Shown here: positions 1 to 9,178 of the stretch, piece after piece | Layout: each line of letters begins with the position of its first letter | How positions within the stretch are numbered: position 1 is the stretch's first letter | DNA from: an uncultured Chloroflexia bacterium | GTDB taxonomy: Bacteria > Chloroflexota > Limnocylindria > Limnocylindrales > CSP1-4 | Reading direction: 5' to 3' | DNA: 64,000 nt | NCBI GenBank assembly: GCA_963746845.1 | Contig: CAVVCZ010000004.1 | Span: forward strand, 192,001 to 256,000 | Position numbers and translations under genes: made by a program | Notes under the pieces: model-generated | What the model saw: the letters and a program-made list of their open reading frames with translations, nothing else | Databases searched by the model: none | Told to the model about the DNA's origin: nothing

Positions 1-900
1 CAGTCGCTTGGCGCGTCGTTCGACCTGACCTTCACCGACATCGCGGATCGGGACGCATCGTTCAAGCGGCTCGTCTACGGCGACGGCGGGGCGTCGGCGT
101 GGGATGACGCCGACTTCGTCCGCTACGCCCGGTTCATCGCCGGCTACGTGGCCGTCACGGGGCACCGGGTCGTCGTCTGGCAGATCCCGCTCGGCAACAC
201 GAAGATGCGGGCGATGAACGACACCTGGGGCCACTACCAGGACAACCGGGCCGAGTGGTTCCTCGAGGACCCGGGCGGCACCCACCTCGCCCTGTGGCGC
301 GACGCGGGCGTGATCGCCCTGTTGTTCGGGGGAGGCGCCGACGGGACGACCTGCGCCTGCGATGGCCAGAACGACGGCGTCACGAACCCGGCAGCGATCA
401 ACGGCAACACCCGGACATCCCTGTCGGCCGACGACGACGGTGGGTACTTCCGCGAGCGCGCGGCTGCCTACTACGCGTCGGGCGGACTGGGCCTCGGGGC
501 GGGAAGCCCGCCGCCGGTCATCCCGCCGCCGGTCGTGCCTCCGCCGTCGAGCCCACCGCCGCCGGTCGCGGCGACGTGGACGCGCAGCGCGACCGCGAAC
601 CCGAGCGTCATTGCCCGACGACACACCGAGACCATCACGGTCAGCGTGCGCGCCTCGAAGGCGATGAAGGCGCGAGTCCTGGTCTGGATCTACGACCCGA
701 AGGGGGCGATCGTGTTCCGCAAGGCCTGGGAGAACGTGTCGTTCAAGGCCGCGGTGACCCGGTCGTTCAAGACGACGTTCTACGTCAGCTCGACCCGTGC
801 GCTCGGTACCTACTCGGTGCGGGTCAGGATCTATGCGGCCGGCACCACGAAGCTCCTGTCCGACCGAGCGCGTGCCGACACGTTCCGGGTGAAGGCCTGA
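1..900 (+). CDS. 5'-truncated putative glycoside-hydrolase-like protein with Pro-rich linker and C-terminal Ig-like domain
   Basis: Frame open from base 1 (QSLGASFDLTFTDIADRD...WQIPLGNT...GHYQDNRAEWF); PPPVIPPP linker; beta-rich basic C-terminal domain; TGA at 898-900. Confidence 0.6.
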   Translation, partial: QSLGASFDLTFTDIADRDASFKRLVYGDGGASAWDDADFVRYARFIAGYVAVTGHRVVVWQIPLGNTKMRAMNDTWGHYQDNRAEWFLEDPGGTHLALWRDAGVIALLFGGGADGTTCACDGQNDGVTNPAAINGNTRTSLSADDDGGYFRERAAAYYASGGLGLGAGSPPPVIPPPVVPPPSSPPPPVAATWTRSATANPSVIARRHTETITVSVRASKAMKARVLVWIYDPKGAIVFRKAWENVSFKAAVTRSFKTTFYVSSTRALGTYSVRVRIYAAGTTKLLSDRARADTFRVKA

Positions 901-973
901 CGCTGCGCTCCGTCCCGCCAATTCGTGTCAAACGCCACTCCGGGAGGCGTTATCCACCCACCGGCCGGACCTC

Positions 974-1042
974 GGCGCCGAATCGGCTCGGAGTTAGCCT
1001 TCCGGGCGCCGAATCGGCTCGGAGTTCGCCTTCCGGGCGCCG
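974..1042. repeat. 31-bp tandem repeat (2 copies plus partial) ending in a hairpin
   Basis: GGCGCCGAATCGGCTCGGAGTT(A/C)GCCTTCCG at 974-1004 and 1005-1035, one mismatch; the end overlaps a CCTTCCG-ggcgc-CGGAAGG stem. Confidence 0.85.
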
Positions 1043-1083
1043 GAAGGGTGCGGCCCGTGAGCGCCCGGCTACCCTGTGCCTCC

Positions 1084-1410
1084 ATGGACCCGATGACATT
1101 CGCCGTCTCGGTCTCGGTTCCCGGCATCGTCATCGTGGCAGCCGGGACCGTCCTCCTGGCCCGGGCCTCGATGCGCCGCCTCGCGCCCTCCGTCCGGGGT
1201 CTTCGCCTGTTCTACCTGGGGTTGGCCCTTCTCCTCCTCGTCCCCGGCATCGCGATCATCGCGGCGGTCCTCGTGGGGCGGCTCATGTGGCCAGCCGCGC
1301 TCGGTGCGCTCGTCCCCATCCTGATGGGCTCCGGGCTTCTCTACGGGCTCCGCCTCTGGTGGGACGACCCTGCCCACGGGATTCTGGGAGAGTCCCGGCG
1401 GCTGGACTGA
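1084..1410 (+). CDS. small membrane protein (3 predicted TM helices)
   Basis: MDPMTFAVSVSVPGIVIVAAG... hydrophobic segments; -10 TACCCT 8 nt upstream of the ATG. Confidence 0.7.
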   Translation: MDPMTFAVSVSVPGIVIVAAGTVLLARASMRRLAPSVRGLRLFYLGLALLLLVPGIAIIAAVLVGRLMWPAALGALVPILMGSGLLYGLRLWWDDPAHGILGESRRLD

Positions 1411-1438
1411 GACACGGTAGCCCCCCGAGCCGGGCCCC

Positions 1439-2098
1439 TCAGCGCGCGTCGCTGCCGCCGGATCGGCCGCTCAGCAATCCCAGGTCGAACTTCCGCTCCG
1501 TTCCGTGGATGAGCCGGTCGATGTTGTCGGCGTGGGCGACCCAGATCAGCGCCGGCCCGATGACCGCGTAGACGAGGTACCCCGGCGGCACCGCACCCGC
1601 CGCGACCGCCCAGATGACGAGCATCGCCGGGAACAGGGCCGCTGAGCCGAGGAGCGACCCGAGTGACACGTACCGCGTGACCAGGATCACCGCGACGAAC
1701 ACCGGCGCCGCCAGGAGCACGGCAACCGGCTGGATCACGAGCATCGTCCCGACGCCGGTCCCCACGCCGCGACCGCTCCGGAACCCGACGAACACGGACC
1801 AGATCGACCCGGTCACGGCCGCCAGCCCGCACAGCACCTCGACCGCGGCGGACCCCGAGACGACCCGCGCCACCAGGACGGGCACGGCACCCTTCAGCAG
1901 GTCCCCGGCCACGACCACCGCCGCCCGCTTCCGCCCGAGCGCCCGGAGCGCGTTCGTCCCGCCCGTTCGTCCCGATCCGACCGTCCGCGGGTCCACACCG
2001 CCCGTCAGGCGGGCGACGAGGACGCCCATCGGGATCGAGCCGCACAGGTACGCGCCGACGACGAGCGCGAGATCGAGGAGCAGCGTCGGCAGGTCCAT
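1439..2098 (-). CDS. plsY: glycerol-3-phosphate acyltransferase PlsY
   Basis: AYLCGSIPMG, DPRTVGSGRTGGTNALR, GDLLKG, FRSGRGVGT and HADNIDRLIHGTE motifs. Confidence 0.93.
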   Translation of the reverse strand: MDLPTLLLDLALVVGAYLCGSIPMGVLVARLTGGVDPRTVGSGRTGGTNALRALGRKRAAVVVAGDLLKGAVPVLVARVVSGSAAVEVLCGLAAVTGSIWSVFVGFRSGRGVGTGVGTMLVIQPVAVLLAAPVFVAVILVTRYVSLGSLLGSAALFPAMLVIWAVAAGAVPPGYLVYAVIGPALIWVAHADNIDRLIHGTERKFDLGLLSGRSGGSDAR

Positions 2099-2317
2099 GT
2101 CGCTCCACGAAGGCGTCCGCGGGACGAGACGGCGCGAGTCTAGCACCGCCCCGGAACCACCTCGGAGGGTCCTCCGGGAGCGCGACGGCGAGGCCGCGGG
2201 ACCACCGCGTCGGTTGCGGGCTTCCGAACCCCCCGCGTACCATCCGAACCGATGATCCACCTGCCCACCCGGCCGTCGACCGTGCCCGGGACCGCGGCGC
2301 CCGAGGCGGCCTGAGCC

Positions 2318-3760
2318 ATGGCCGTCGGCTCTTCCAATGACTTCGATCTCGTCGTGCTCGGGGCGGGGACCGGTGGCTACACCGCCGCCTTCCGCGCGGC
2401 CCAGCTCGGCCTGAAGGTCGCCCTCGTCGACGAAGACAAGATCGGCGGCACCTGCCTGCATCGCGGCTGCATCCCGACCAAGGCGCTGCTCGAATCGGCC
2501 GCGTTCGTCGAGCGGGCGCGCCATGCGAAGGACTACGGGCTGGTCCTGTCCGGCGAGCCTGGCATCGACTATGTCCAGATGGCGGCCCGCAAGGACCAGG
2601 TCGTCAAGCGGATGTGGACCGGGGTCAAGACGCTCATCGACAAGAACAAGGTGACCTGGGTGGCCGGTCGGGGGCGGCTCGAGGGCCCGAACAAGATCCG
2701 GGTCAGCCAGCCGGGCGAGGACGGCACACCGGGCAAAGGCGGCGACCGCGTCCTCCAGGCGACCGACGTGATCCTTGCCACCGGGAGCCGGGTGAAGAGC
2801 CTGCCCGGCCTCACCCCCGACGGCGTCCGGATCATCACGAGCGACGACGTCCTCGCGGCGACCAGCCTCCCGAAGGACATCGTGATCGTCGGCGCGGGAG
2901 CGGTCGGTTGCGAGTTCGCCTCGATGTACCACGACCTCGGCACGAAGGTGACCCTGCTCGAGTACCTGCCCCAGGTCGTGCCGCTCGAGGACCGCGAGGT
3001 CAGCCAGACGCTGGAGCGGAGCTTCAGCCGGCGCGGCATCACGGTGATGACGAACGCCCGCTTCGATCCGGCAAAGGTCGACGTGACGAAGGACGGCATC
3101 TGCCTCGTCGTCGGGCCGGAGGGCAAGGAGCCCGGGGAGCTCCGGGCGGAGCAGCTCCTCGTCGCCGCGGGTCGCGCCACGAACATCGAGGACATCGGCC
3201 TCGAGACCACGAAGATCGAGACGGACCGGGGCTTCGTGAAGGTCGACGGGCGGATGCGGACGAAGGAGCCGCACGTCTACGCCATCGGCGACGTCGTCGG
3301 CGGGCTGATGCTCGCCCATACCGCCGGCCATGAGGGCATCGTCGCCGCCCACACGATCGCGGGCGACAAGGACGTCCACCCGATCGACTACGTGAAGCAG
3401 CCGCGCGCGACGTACTGCCGCCCGGAGATCGCGTCGGTCGGTCTCACCCAGCAGCAATGCGAGGAGCGCGGGCTGCCGATCAAGGTCGGCAAGGTCCCGT
3501 TCCAGGCGATCGCCAAGGCGATCATCGGCGGCGAGTACGAAGGGTTCGCGAAGGTCATCGCGAACAAGGAGACCGACGAGACGCTCGGGATCCACCTGAT
3601 CGGCCCGCATGCGACGGACCTCATCGCCGAGGCGTCGGTCGCCTTCGAGCTGGAGGCGGTCCCCTGGGAGATCGGCGGCGCCACCCACGCCCACCCGACG
3701 TTGTCGGAGATCATGGGCGAGGCGGCCCTCGCCGTCGACGGACGGTCGATCAACTTCTGA
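2318..3760 (+). CDS. lpdA: dihydrolipoyl dehydrogenase (E3)
   Basis: GAGTGG FAD motif, GGTCLHRGCIPTK redox disulfide, HAHPTLSE. Confidence 0.96.
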   Translation: MAVGSSNDFDLVVLGAGTGGYTAAFRAAQLGLKVALVDEDKIGGTCLHRGCIPTKALLESAAFVERARHAKDYGLVLSGEPGIDYVQMAARKDQVVKRMWTGVKTLIDKNKVTWVAGRGRLEGPNKIRVSQPGEDGTPGKGGDRVLQATDVILATGSRVKSLPGLTPDGVRIITSDDVLAATSLPKDIVIVGAGAVGCEFASMYHDLGTKVTLLEYLPQVVPLEDREVSQTLERSFSRRGITVMTNARFDPAKVDVTKDGICLVVGPEGKEPGELRAEQLLVAAGRATNIEDIGLETTKIETDRGFVKVDGRMRTKEPHVYAIGDVVGGLMLAHTAGHEGIVAAHTIAGDKDVHPIDYVKQPRATYCRPEIASVGLTQQQCEERGLPIKVGKVPFQAIAKAIIGGEYEGFAKVIANKETDETLGIHLIGPHATDLIAEASVAFELEAVPWEIGGATHAHPTLSEIMGEAALAVDGRSINF

Positions 3761-4839
3761 TGGCCGTCACCGAGCGGAAGTCGGCGGCGACCCTCGGCTC
3801 GGACCTTGGCCTGTCGGCCGACGATCTTCTGGAGATGTACCGGCTCGTCACGCTCGCGCGCTCCGTCGACGAGCGGATGTGGATCCTCAACCGCGCCGGC
3901 AGGATCCCGTTCGTGATCAGCGGCCAGGGCCACGAGGGTGCCCAGGTCGGGATCGCGTGGGCGCTCGAGAAGGGCAAGGACTGGATCGCCCCGTTCTACC
4001 GCTCGATCGCGACCTGCCTGACGTTCGGGATGAGCCCGCGCGACATCATGACCGCCCAGTACGCGACCGCGTCGGATCCATCGTCCGGCGGGCGCCAGAT
4101 GCCCGGCCACTACGGGTCGCACGAGCACAACCTCGTGTCGGTCAGCTCGCCCGTCGCGACCCAGCTCCTCCATGCGGTCGGGATCGCCCTCGCGGCGAAG
4201 ATCCGGAAGACCGGCCAGGTGGCGATGACCGTCATGGGCGAGGGCTCCAGCAACCAGGGCGACGTCCACGAGGGCCTGAACTTCGCGGCGATCCACAAGC
4301 TGCCGTTCGTCTTCGTCGTCGAGAACAACGGCTACGCGATCTCGGTCCCACTCGCTCGCCAGGTCGCCGGCTCGTCCGTCGCCGGACGCGCCGCCGGATA
4401 CGGGATCCCGGGCGTGATGGTCGATGGGTCCGACGTCCTTGCCTGCTACGCCGCCGCCCGCGAGGCGGTTGCCCGGGCGCGGGCGGGCGACGGCCCGACA
4501 TTGATCGAGGCAAAGGTCATGCGCCTCACCGCCCACTCGTCGGACGACCAGCAGACGAAGTACCGCTCGGAGGAAGAGCTCGCCGCCGAGAAGTCGCTCG
4601 ACCCCGTGCCGATGTTCCGAACCCAGCTCGTCGACGCCGGGATCCTGACTCCGGAGGCCGAGGAGCGGATCCGGTCAGGAGTGACGGCCGCCGTGGACGA
4701 CGCGACCGACTACGCGGAGGGGCAGCCGGACCCGCCAGTTGCGACCGCGATGAAGTGGGTCTACGCCGAGGACTGGCCGTCCGAGGCGCCACCGCCGTGG
4801 GGCATGGGCGAGGGCGACGTCCCGGGCGAGGGCCGCTGA
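3760..4839 (+). CDS. bkdA1: 2-oxoacid (branched-chain type) dehydrogenase E1 alpha subunit
   Basis: GRIPFVISGQGHEG, GEGSSNQGDVHEGLNFA...ENNGYAIS TPP motif, AHSSDD; TGATG overlap with lpdA. Confidence 0.88.
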   Translation: MAVTERKSAATLGSDLGLSADDLLEMYRLVTLARSVDERMWILNRAGRIPFVISGQGHEGAQVGIAWALEKGKDWIAPFYRSIATCLTFGMSPRDIMTAQYATASDPSSGGRQMPGHYGSHEHNLVSVSSPVATQLLHAVGIALAAKIRKTGQVAMTVMGEGSSNQGDVHEGLNFAAIHKLPFVFVVENNGYAISVPLARQVAGSSVAGRAAGYGIPGVMVDGSDVLACYAAAREAVARARAGDGPTLIEAKVMRLTAHSSDDQQTKYRSEEELAAEKSLDPVPMFRTQLVDAGILTPEAEERIRSGVTAAVDDATDYAEGQPDPPVATAMKWVYAEDWPSEAPPPWGMGEGDVPGEGR

Positions 4840-5822
4840 TGCCGCTCAAGACGTTCATCGAGGCGGTCCGCGAGGGTCTCCGGGAGGAGATGGTCCGCGA
4901 CGAAACCGTGATCGTCCTCGGCGAGGACGTCGGCAAGAAGGGCGGCGTGTTCCTCGCGACCGATGGCCTGTGGGCCGAGTTCGGCGACGACCGGGTCATC
5001 GACACGCCGCTCAGCGAGAGCCAGATCATCGGGACGTCGATCGGCGCCGCGATCGGTGGCCTCCGACCGGTCGCCGAGATCCAGTTCGCCGACTTCATCC
5101 ATCCTGCGTTCAACCAGCTCGTGTCCGAGGCGGCCCGGCTCCGCTACCGGAGCAACAACGGCTACAGCGCCCCGATGGTCGTCCGCGCTCCCTACGGCGG
5201 CGGCGTCCACGGCGCGCTCTACCACAGCCAGTCGGTCGAGGCGTTCTTCACCCACGTCCCGGGGCTGAAAGTGGTCGTGCCGTCCACGCCGTACGACGCC
5301 AAGGGCCTGCTCCGGTCGTCGATCCGGGACGAGGACCCGGTCCTGTTCTTCGAGCACAAGAAGATGTACCGGAGCGTTCGGGGCGATGTCCCCGACGGCG
5401 AGTTCACCGTCCCGCTTGGGAAGGCCCAGGTGACCCACCCGGGCAACCAGGTCACGGTCATCGCCTACGGCCTGATGGCCCATTACGCGCTCGAGGCGGC
5501 CGACCGGGTCGCGGAGGAGGGGATCAGCGTCGAGGTCGTCGACCTGCGCACCCTTCGCCCGCTCGACAAGGAGACGGTGCTCGACTCGGTCCGAAAGACC
5601 GGCAAGTGCCTCGTCGTGTACGAGGACAACCGGTTCGGCGGGTACGGGGCGGAAGTCGCGGCGATCGTCGCCGAGGAGGCGTTCGACTACCTCGACGGGC
5701 CGGTGACGCGGATCGCCGGCCCGGACGTGCCGGGCGTGCCCTACAACCACGTCCTCGAGGACTGGTTCATGGTCAATCCCGAGAAGATCGCCGACGGCAT
5801 CCGCAGGCTTGCCGCCTACTGA
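4839..5822 (+). CDS. bkdA2: 2-oxoacid dehydrogenase E1 beta subunit
   Basis: LGEDVGKKGGVF, DTPLSE, EIQFADF, GALYHSQS; TGATG overlap. Confidence 0.88.
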   Translation: MPLKTFIEAVREGLREEMVRDETVIVLGEDVGKKGGVFLATDGLWAEFGDDRVIDTPLSESQIIGTSIGAAIGGLRPVAEIQFADFIHPAFNQLVSEAARLRYRSNNGYSAPMVVRAPYGGGVHGALYHSQSVEAFFTHVPGLKVVVPSTPYDAKGLLRSSIRDEDPVLFFEHKKMYRSVRGDVPDGEFTVPLGKAQVTHPGNQVTVIAYGLMAHYALEAADRVAEEGISVEVVDLRTLRPLDKETVLDSVRKTGKCLVVYEDNRFGGYGAEVAAIVAEEAFDYLDGPVTRIAGPDVPGVPYNHVLEDWFMVNPEKIADGIRRLAAY

Positions 5823-6162
5823 CGCGGAGCTGGCGGCCCTCGAGGCCCGGCTCCAGGCCCTGCTCGACCCGTACCGCGCCCGGCTCGAGCCCGTCGAGGT
5901 CTACGGCCAGCCGTTCCTCCGGCGACCCGGCGCGACGAAGCACCAGTGGTTCGCCGGCGTGAACCAGGGCAAGGGCGTCGTCCGGTTCTCGCTGCTGCCG
6001 ATGTACCAGCACCCGGAGGTGCTCGAGGGCCTGTCGCCGGCAGTGTTGAAACGCAAGACCGGGGCGTCGCTGTTCACGTTCGTCTCGATCGACGACGGAC
6101 AGGTCGCGGAGCTCGCAGCGCTGCTGGAGCGTGCTGCCGCCGTGTACTGGAGCGAGGAGTGA
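5809..6162 (+). CDS. hypothetical protein, DUF1801/YdhG-like (paralog of the next gene)
   Basis: FAGVNQGKGVVRFSLLPMY..PE..EGLSP..KRKTGASLFTF aligns by eye with the next ORF; start codon uncertain. Confidence 0.65.
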   Translation: MPPTDAELAALEARLQALLDPYRARLEPVEVYGQPFLRRPGATKHQWFAGVNQGKGVVRFSLLPMYQHPEVLEGLSPAVLKRKTGASLFTFVSIDDGQVAELAALLERAAAVYWSEE

Positions 6163-6166
6163 GGTC

Positions 6167-6541
6167 ATGACCACGCGCGACTTCGAGGCCGTCCACGATC
6201 GGCTGCGGGCGATCCTGCGGCCCTGCGCGTCGGACGAGCTGGTCGTGACCAAGGATGGTCCCGCGGGCATGGCACTGGAGGTCCGTGGGCTCGAGGGCAA
6301 GCCGTGGGGCTACTTCGGTGGGACCCGGCTCGGCAAGAGCTACGTGAGCTACTACCTGATGGGCGTCTACGCGTCGCCGGAGCTGAAGGACGAGCTGTCG
6401 CCCGAGCTCCGCCGCCGGATGCAGGGCAAGGCCTGCTTCAACTTCACGAAGGTCGACGAGCCGCTCTTCGCCGAGCTCGCCGACCTGACGGCCCGGTCCA
6501 TCCCGATCATGCGCGACGCGGCAGCCGCTCATCGGGACTGA
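6167..6541 (+). CDS. DUF1801/YdhG-like protein
   Basis: GKSYVSYYLMGVY...LSPELRRRMQGKACFNF motif; GAGG RBS. Confidence 0.7.
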   Translation: MTTRDFEAVHDRLRAILRPCASDELVVTKDGPAGMALEVRGLEGKPWGYFGGTRLGKSYVSYYLMGVYASPELKDELSPELRRRMQGKACFNFTKVDEPLFAELADLTARSIPIMRDAAAAHRD

Positions 6542-6555
6542 TCATGCGGGCGCGA

Positions 6556-6704
6556 CATGCGCCCGATGCGTCAAACGACCGCTGGCACGTGCCCAGGTCG
6601 CCGGTTGGCGCACGTGGTGCATGGATCGACGTCTGAAGGCCTCGATTCGGGCTGTTGACGGGCGGGATTGGGCTCCCGACGTCGTTTGACGCGCTGGGCG
6701 CATG
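6556..6704 (+). repeat. 149-bp MITE/REPIN-like element with 21-bp imperfect terminal inverted repeats (copy A)
   Basis: Ends CATGCGCCCGATGCGTCAAAC ... GTTTGACGCGCTGGGCGCATG; inverted homolog at 8008-8157. Confidence 0.85.
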
Positions 6705-6719
6705 GACTTGGCGTGGCCG

Positions 6720-7899
6720 TCAGTCGACCGTCGTCAGCTCGATCGCGAGCGGCCTGTCGAGGAAGGCTGCGACGCGGTCTACCTCGGCATCCAGCTCGTG
6801 CGGCGCGTCGCGGCTCCAGGACGACCAGCGGACGACCTCCACCACGGGTCGGCGAGCACTCCCGGCGATCTGCCACGTGCCACCGATCCGGCCGTCGACG
6901 ACGACGAGCGGGGTCACCCAGCCGGCGGTCCGGTACACGTCGTCGTGATGGGCGACCGGCAGGACGGATCCGGTTCGTCGCGGCAGCTCGTTCGTGAACG
7001 GGTCGAACGCGGGGAGGAGGCGGATGCCCCGGAACGGCTCGGTCGCCGCGAGGGCCTCGACGTCCTCCGCTCGAGCCCACGTCCGCACGCCGTCGACGTC
7101 GATCGCGTCGCCTGTCGACCGGCAGCCGATCGAGCGCCTCCGAGATCAGCCCTGCACGGACCACGCCCCACCAGCGGGCGATCATGTCGCGGCTCGAACC
7201 CGGGAAGCTCACGAGGAACCGCGAGACCATCCGCGCGAGCGCGTCGATCGGCTCGCCGGGATCGGGTCGGTCGGCGAACGCGATCGTTCGGTCGAGCCAG
7301 GCGGACGGGTTCACGAAGGTGACGTTGCGACCGTCCGGCGGGCCGAAGATCAGCTCGCCGCGCTGAGCGGCCGGGCCCAGGAACGTGCCCCAGCCCGTCC
7401 GGAGCTTGCCGGCGAGGATCGGATCGTCCAGGTGGCCGGCGACGGCATCCGCCAGGACGGCCCGGGTCATCGGCTCGTCGGTCAGCGTGTCACCGACGAT
7501 CCGGATCAGCGCCTCGACCTGCGCTTCGGTCATCTCGACCCAGCGCAGCCACACGTCCTCGCGCCAACGCTCGCGCGTCGCGGATGCAATGACGAAGTCC
7601 GCGAGGTCGTCCGGGGTCAGCAGGTGGAGCGTGCCCCGGAACGACCACGCCTTGACGATCGAGCGGGCGTCGCTGAGGGCGTCCCGCACGTCTGCCTGGC
7701 GGAGGCCGTCGATCCGGGCGTTCGCCTGGAGCTCGGCGGCGCTCGCGACCTGGGCGTGGAGCCCGACCATCGAGCCGACGACCTCGACGAGCCGATCGGG
7801 CGTGGAGCGCTCGGCGAGGTGCTGGCGCTCGAGGCGAAGGGCGAGAACGCGCGACCAGTCGGTCGTCAGCGCGGGTGGCGGCGCGGCGGTCTTCGGCAT
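6720..7899 (-). CDS. AlkZ/YcaQ-family (HTH_42) winged-helix DNA glycosylase; frameshift near 7112
   Basis: VGLHAQ, WSFRGTLHL, RLLPAFDPF, VVVDGRIGGTW motifs split across ORFs 6571..8010 and 6720..7088. Confidence 0.85.
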
Positions 7900-7905
7900 G
7901 CGCCG

Positions 7906-7937
7906 ATCATGCCGAACTGGTTCGACAGCCGGTGTCA
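7906..7937 (-). promoter_or_regulatory. WYL/PafBC-type (RecA-NDp-like) promoter of the alkZ-like gene
   Basis: Minus strand reads TGACA-ccggc-TGTCGA-N10-CATGAT-N6-ATG. Confidence 0.5.
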
Positions 7938-8007
7938 GGTTCCGTCCCGAGCGGTAGCCGCTGTCTCGCCCATCATCAGGATCGATCCTCCGTCGCCACG
8001 CACAGTT

Positions 8008-8157
8008 CATGCGCCCAGCGCGTCAAACGATGTCCGGGACCTCGATTCTCCGCCTCAACAGCCCCGAATCCGGCCTTCGGACGTCGATCCATGCGCCGGG
8101 CGCAACGATCGTCGCCCGGCGCGCTCGTCGGCAGTTGTTTGACGCATCGGGCGCATG
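8008..8157 (-). repeat. 150-bp MITE/REPIN-like element (copy B, inverted relative to copy A)
   Basis: Reverse complement shares identical 21-bp and 23-bp ends and the core GCATGGATCGACGTCYGAAGGCC with copy A. Confidence 0.85.
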
Positions 8158-8170
8158 AAGCGCCGACCGA

Positions 8171-9046
8171 TCAGCCGTAGATCGTCGTCGTGACCGCTCG
8201 GGGATCGCGGCTCGGCCAGCGGCCCGCCTCGACCTGGTGGAAGAAGTCGTCGAGCAGCTGGTTGTACGCGCCCGGTTCCTCGGTGTTCACCGCGTGCCCC
8301 GTGTTCGGGACGATCGCCAGCGCGGCGGTCTCGATCGTCTGCTTGAGCAGGATCATCGGGGCGAGACACGGATGGTCCTCGTCGCCGGCGATGACCAGCG
8401 TCGGCACGCGAAGGGCCCGCATCTCGTCTGTCAGGTCCCACAGGGAGGGTCGGCGGGCCTGGACGCCGCGGAGCGTGTTGGCCGAACCGACCGGCGAGTG
8501 CGCGGCCATCCGGGTCGCGAACTCGTGCCAGCCGCGCGGATCCTTGGCCTGGTACTGGACCCGGGCCGGCCCGACTGCATAGCTCGCGGCCGCCGCCGCC
8601 ATGCCCTCGGTCTCGATCGTCCGGGCCATCCGGAGCGTCTCCTCCACGAACAGGGCGTGCTGGCCCGGCTCGGCGCCGTAGCCGATGCCGGTCAGGACGA
8701 GCGACCGGGCCCGATCCGGATGGGCGAATCCGAAGTGGAGCGTCGCGAAGGCGCCCATCGACGTGCCGACGACATGGGCGCGCTCGATGCCCAGGCCGTC
8801 CATCACGGCCCGGATGTCCTCGCGGGCCCGCTCCTGCGAGTAGCGCTCGACGTCCTCGGGGACGTCGGACGGCGGATAGCCGCGGGCGTCGTAGGCGATG
8901 CACCGATGGCGACGCGAGAAGTGGCGGAGCTGCGGCTCGTAGCTCGAGGCGTCGCCGGCGAACTCGTGGACGAAGACGATCGGGAACCCCGCGCCCACGT
9001 CCTCGACGTGGAGGCGGACCCCGTCGTCGGTCGTGATGACCGGCAT
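8171..9046 (-). CDS. alpha/beta hydrolase
   Basis: VFVHEFAG, YDARGYPPS, GTSMG nucleophile elbow, GDED, GHAVN. Confidence 0.9.
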   Translation of the reverse strand: MPVITTDDGVRLHVEDVGAGFPIVFVHEFAGDASSYEPQLRHFSRRHRCIAYDARGYPPSDVPEDVERYSQERAREDIRAVMDGLGIERAHVVGTSMGAFATLHFGFAHPDRARSLVLTGIGYGAEPGQHALFVEETLRMARTIETEGMAAAAASYAVGPARVQYQAKDPRGWHEFATRMAAHSPVGSANTLRGVQARRPSLWDLTDEMRALRVPTLVIAGDEDHPCLAPMILLKQTIETAALAIVPNTGHAVNTEEPGAYNQLLDDFFHQVEAGRWPSRDPRAVTTTIYG

Positions 9047-9178
9047 GACGCGATCATGGCGGCCGCGCGCCCGTCGCGCCGAACGGCTCCGCGACGGGGG
9101 GTCGCATGATGCGCGACACTGTCGCGAGAACACCACGAACGGCGGGCCCGATCCGCTGCGCGACCCGGAGGAAGACCA

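Noticed and set aside
950-958. Single TTATCCACC DnaA-like box
   Set aside because: One imperfect isolated match, compatible with chance
974-1042. 31-bp repeat as a CRISPR array
   Set aside because: Copies are directly adjacent with no spacers, and no cas genes are present
7913-7924. CGAAC-TG-GTTCG as a LexA box for alkZ
   Set aside because: Spacer is 2 nt rather than 4
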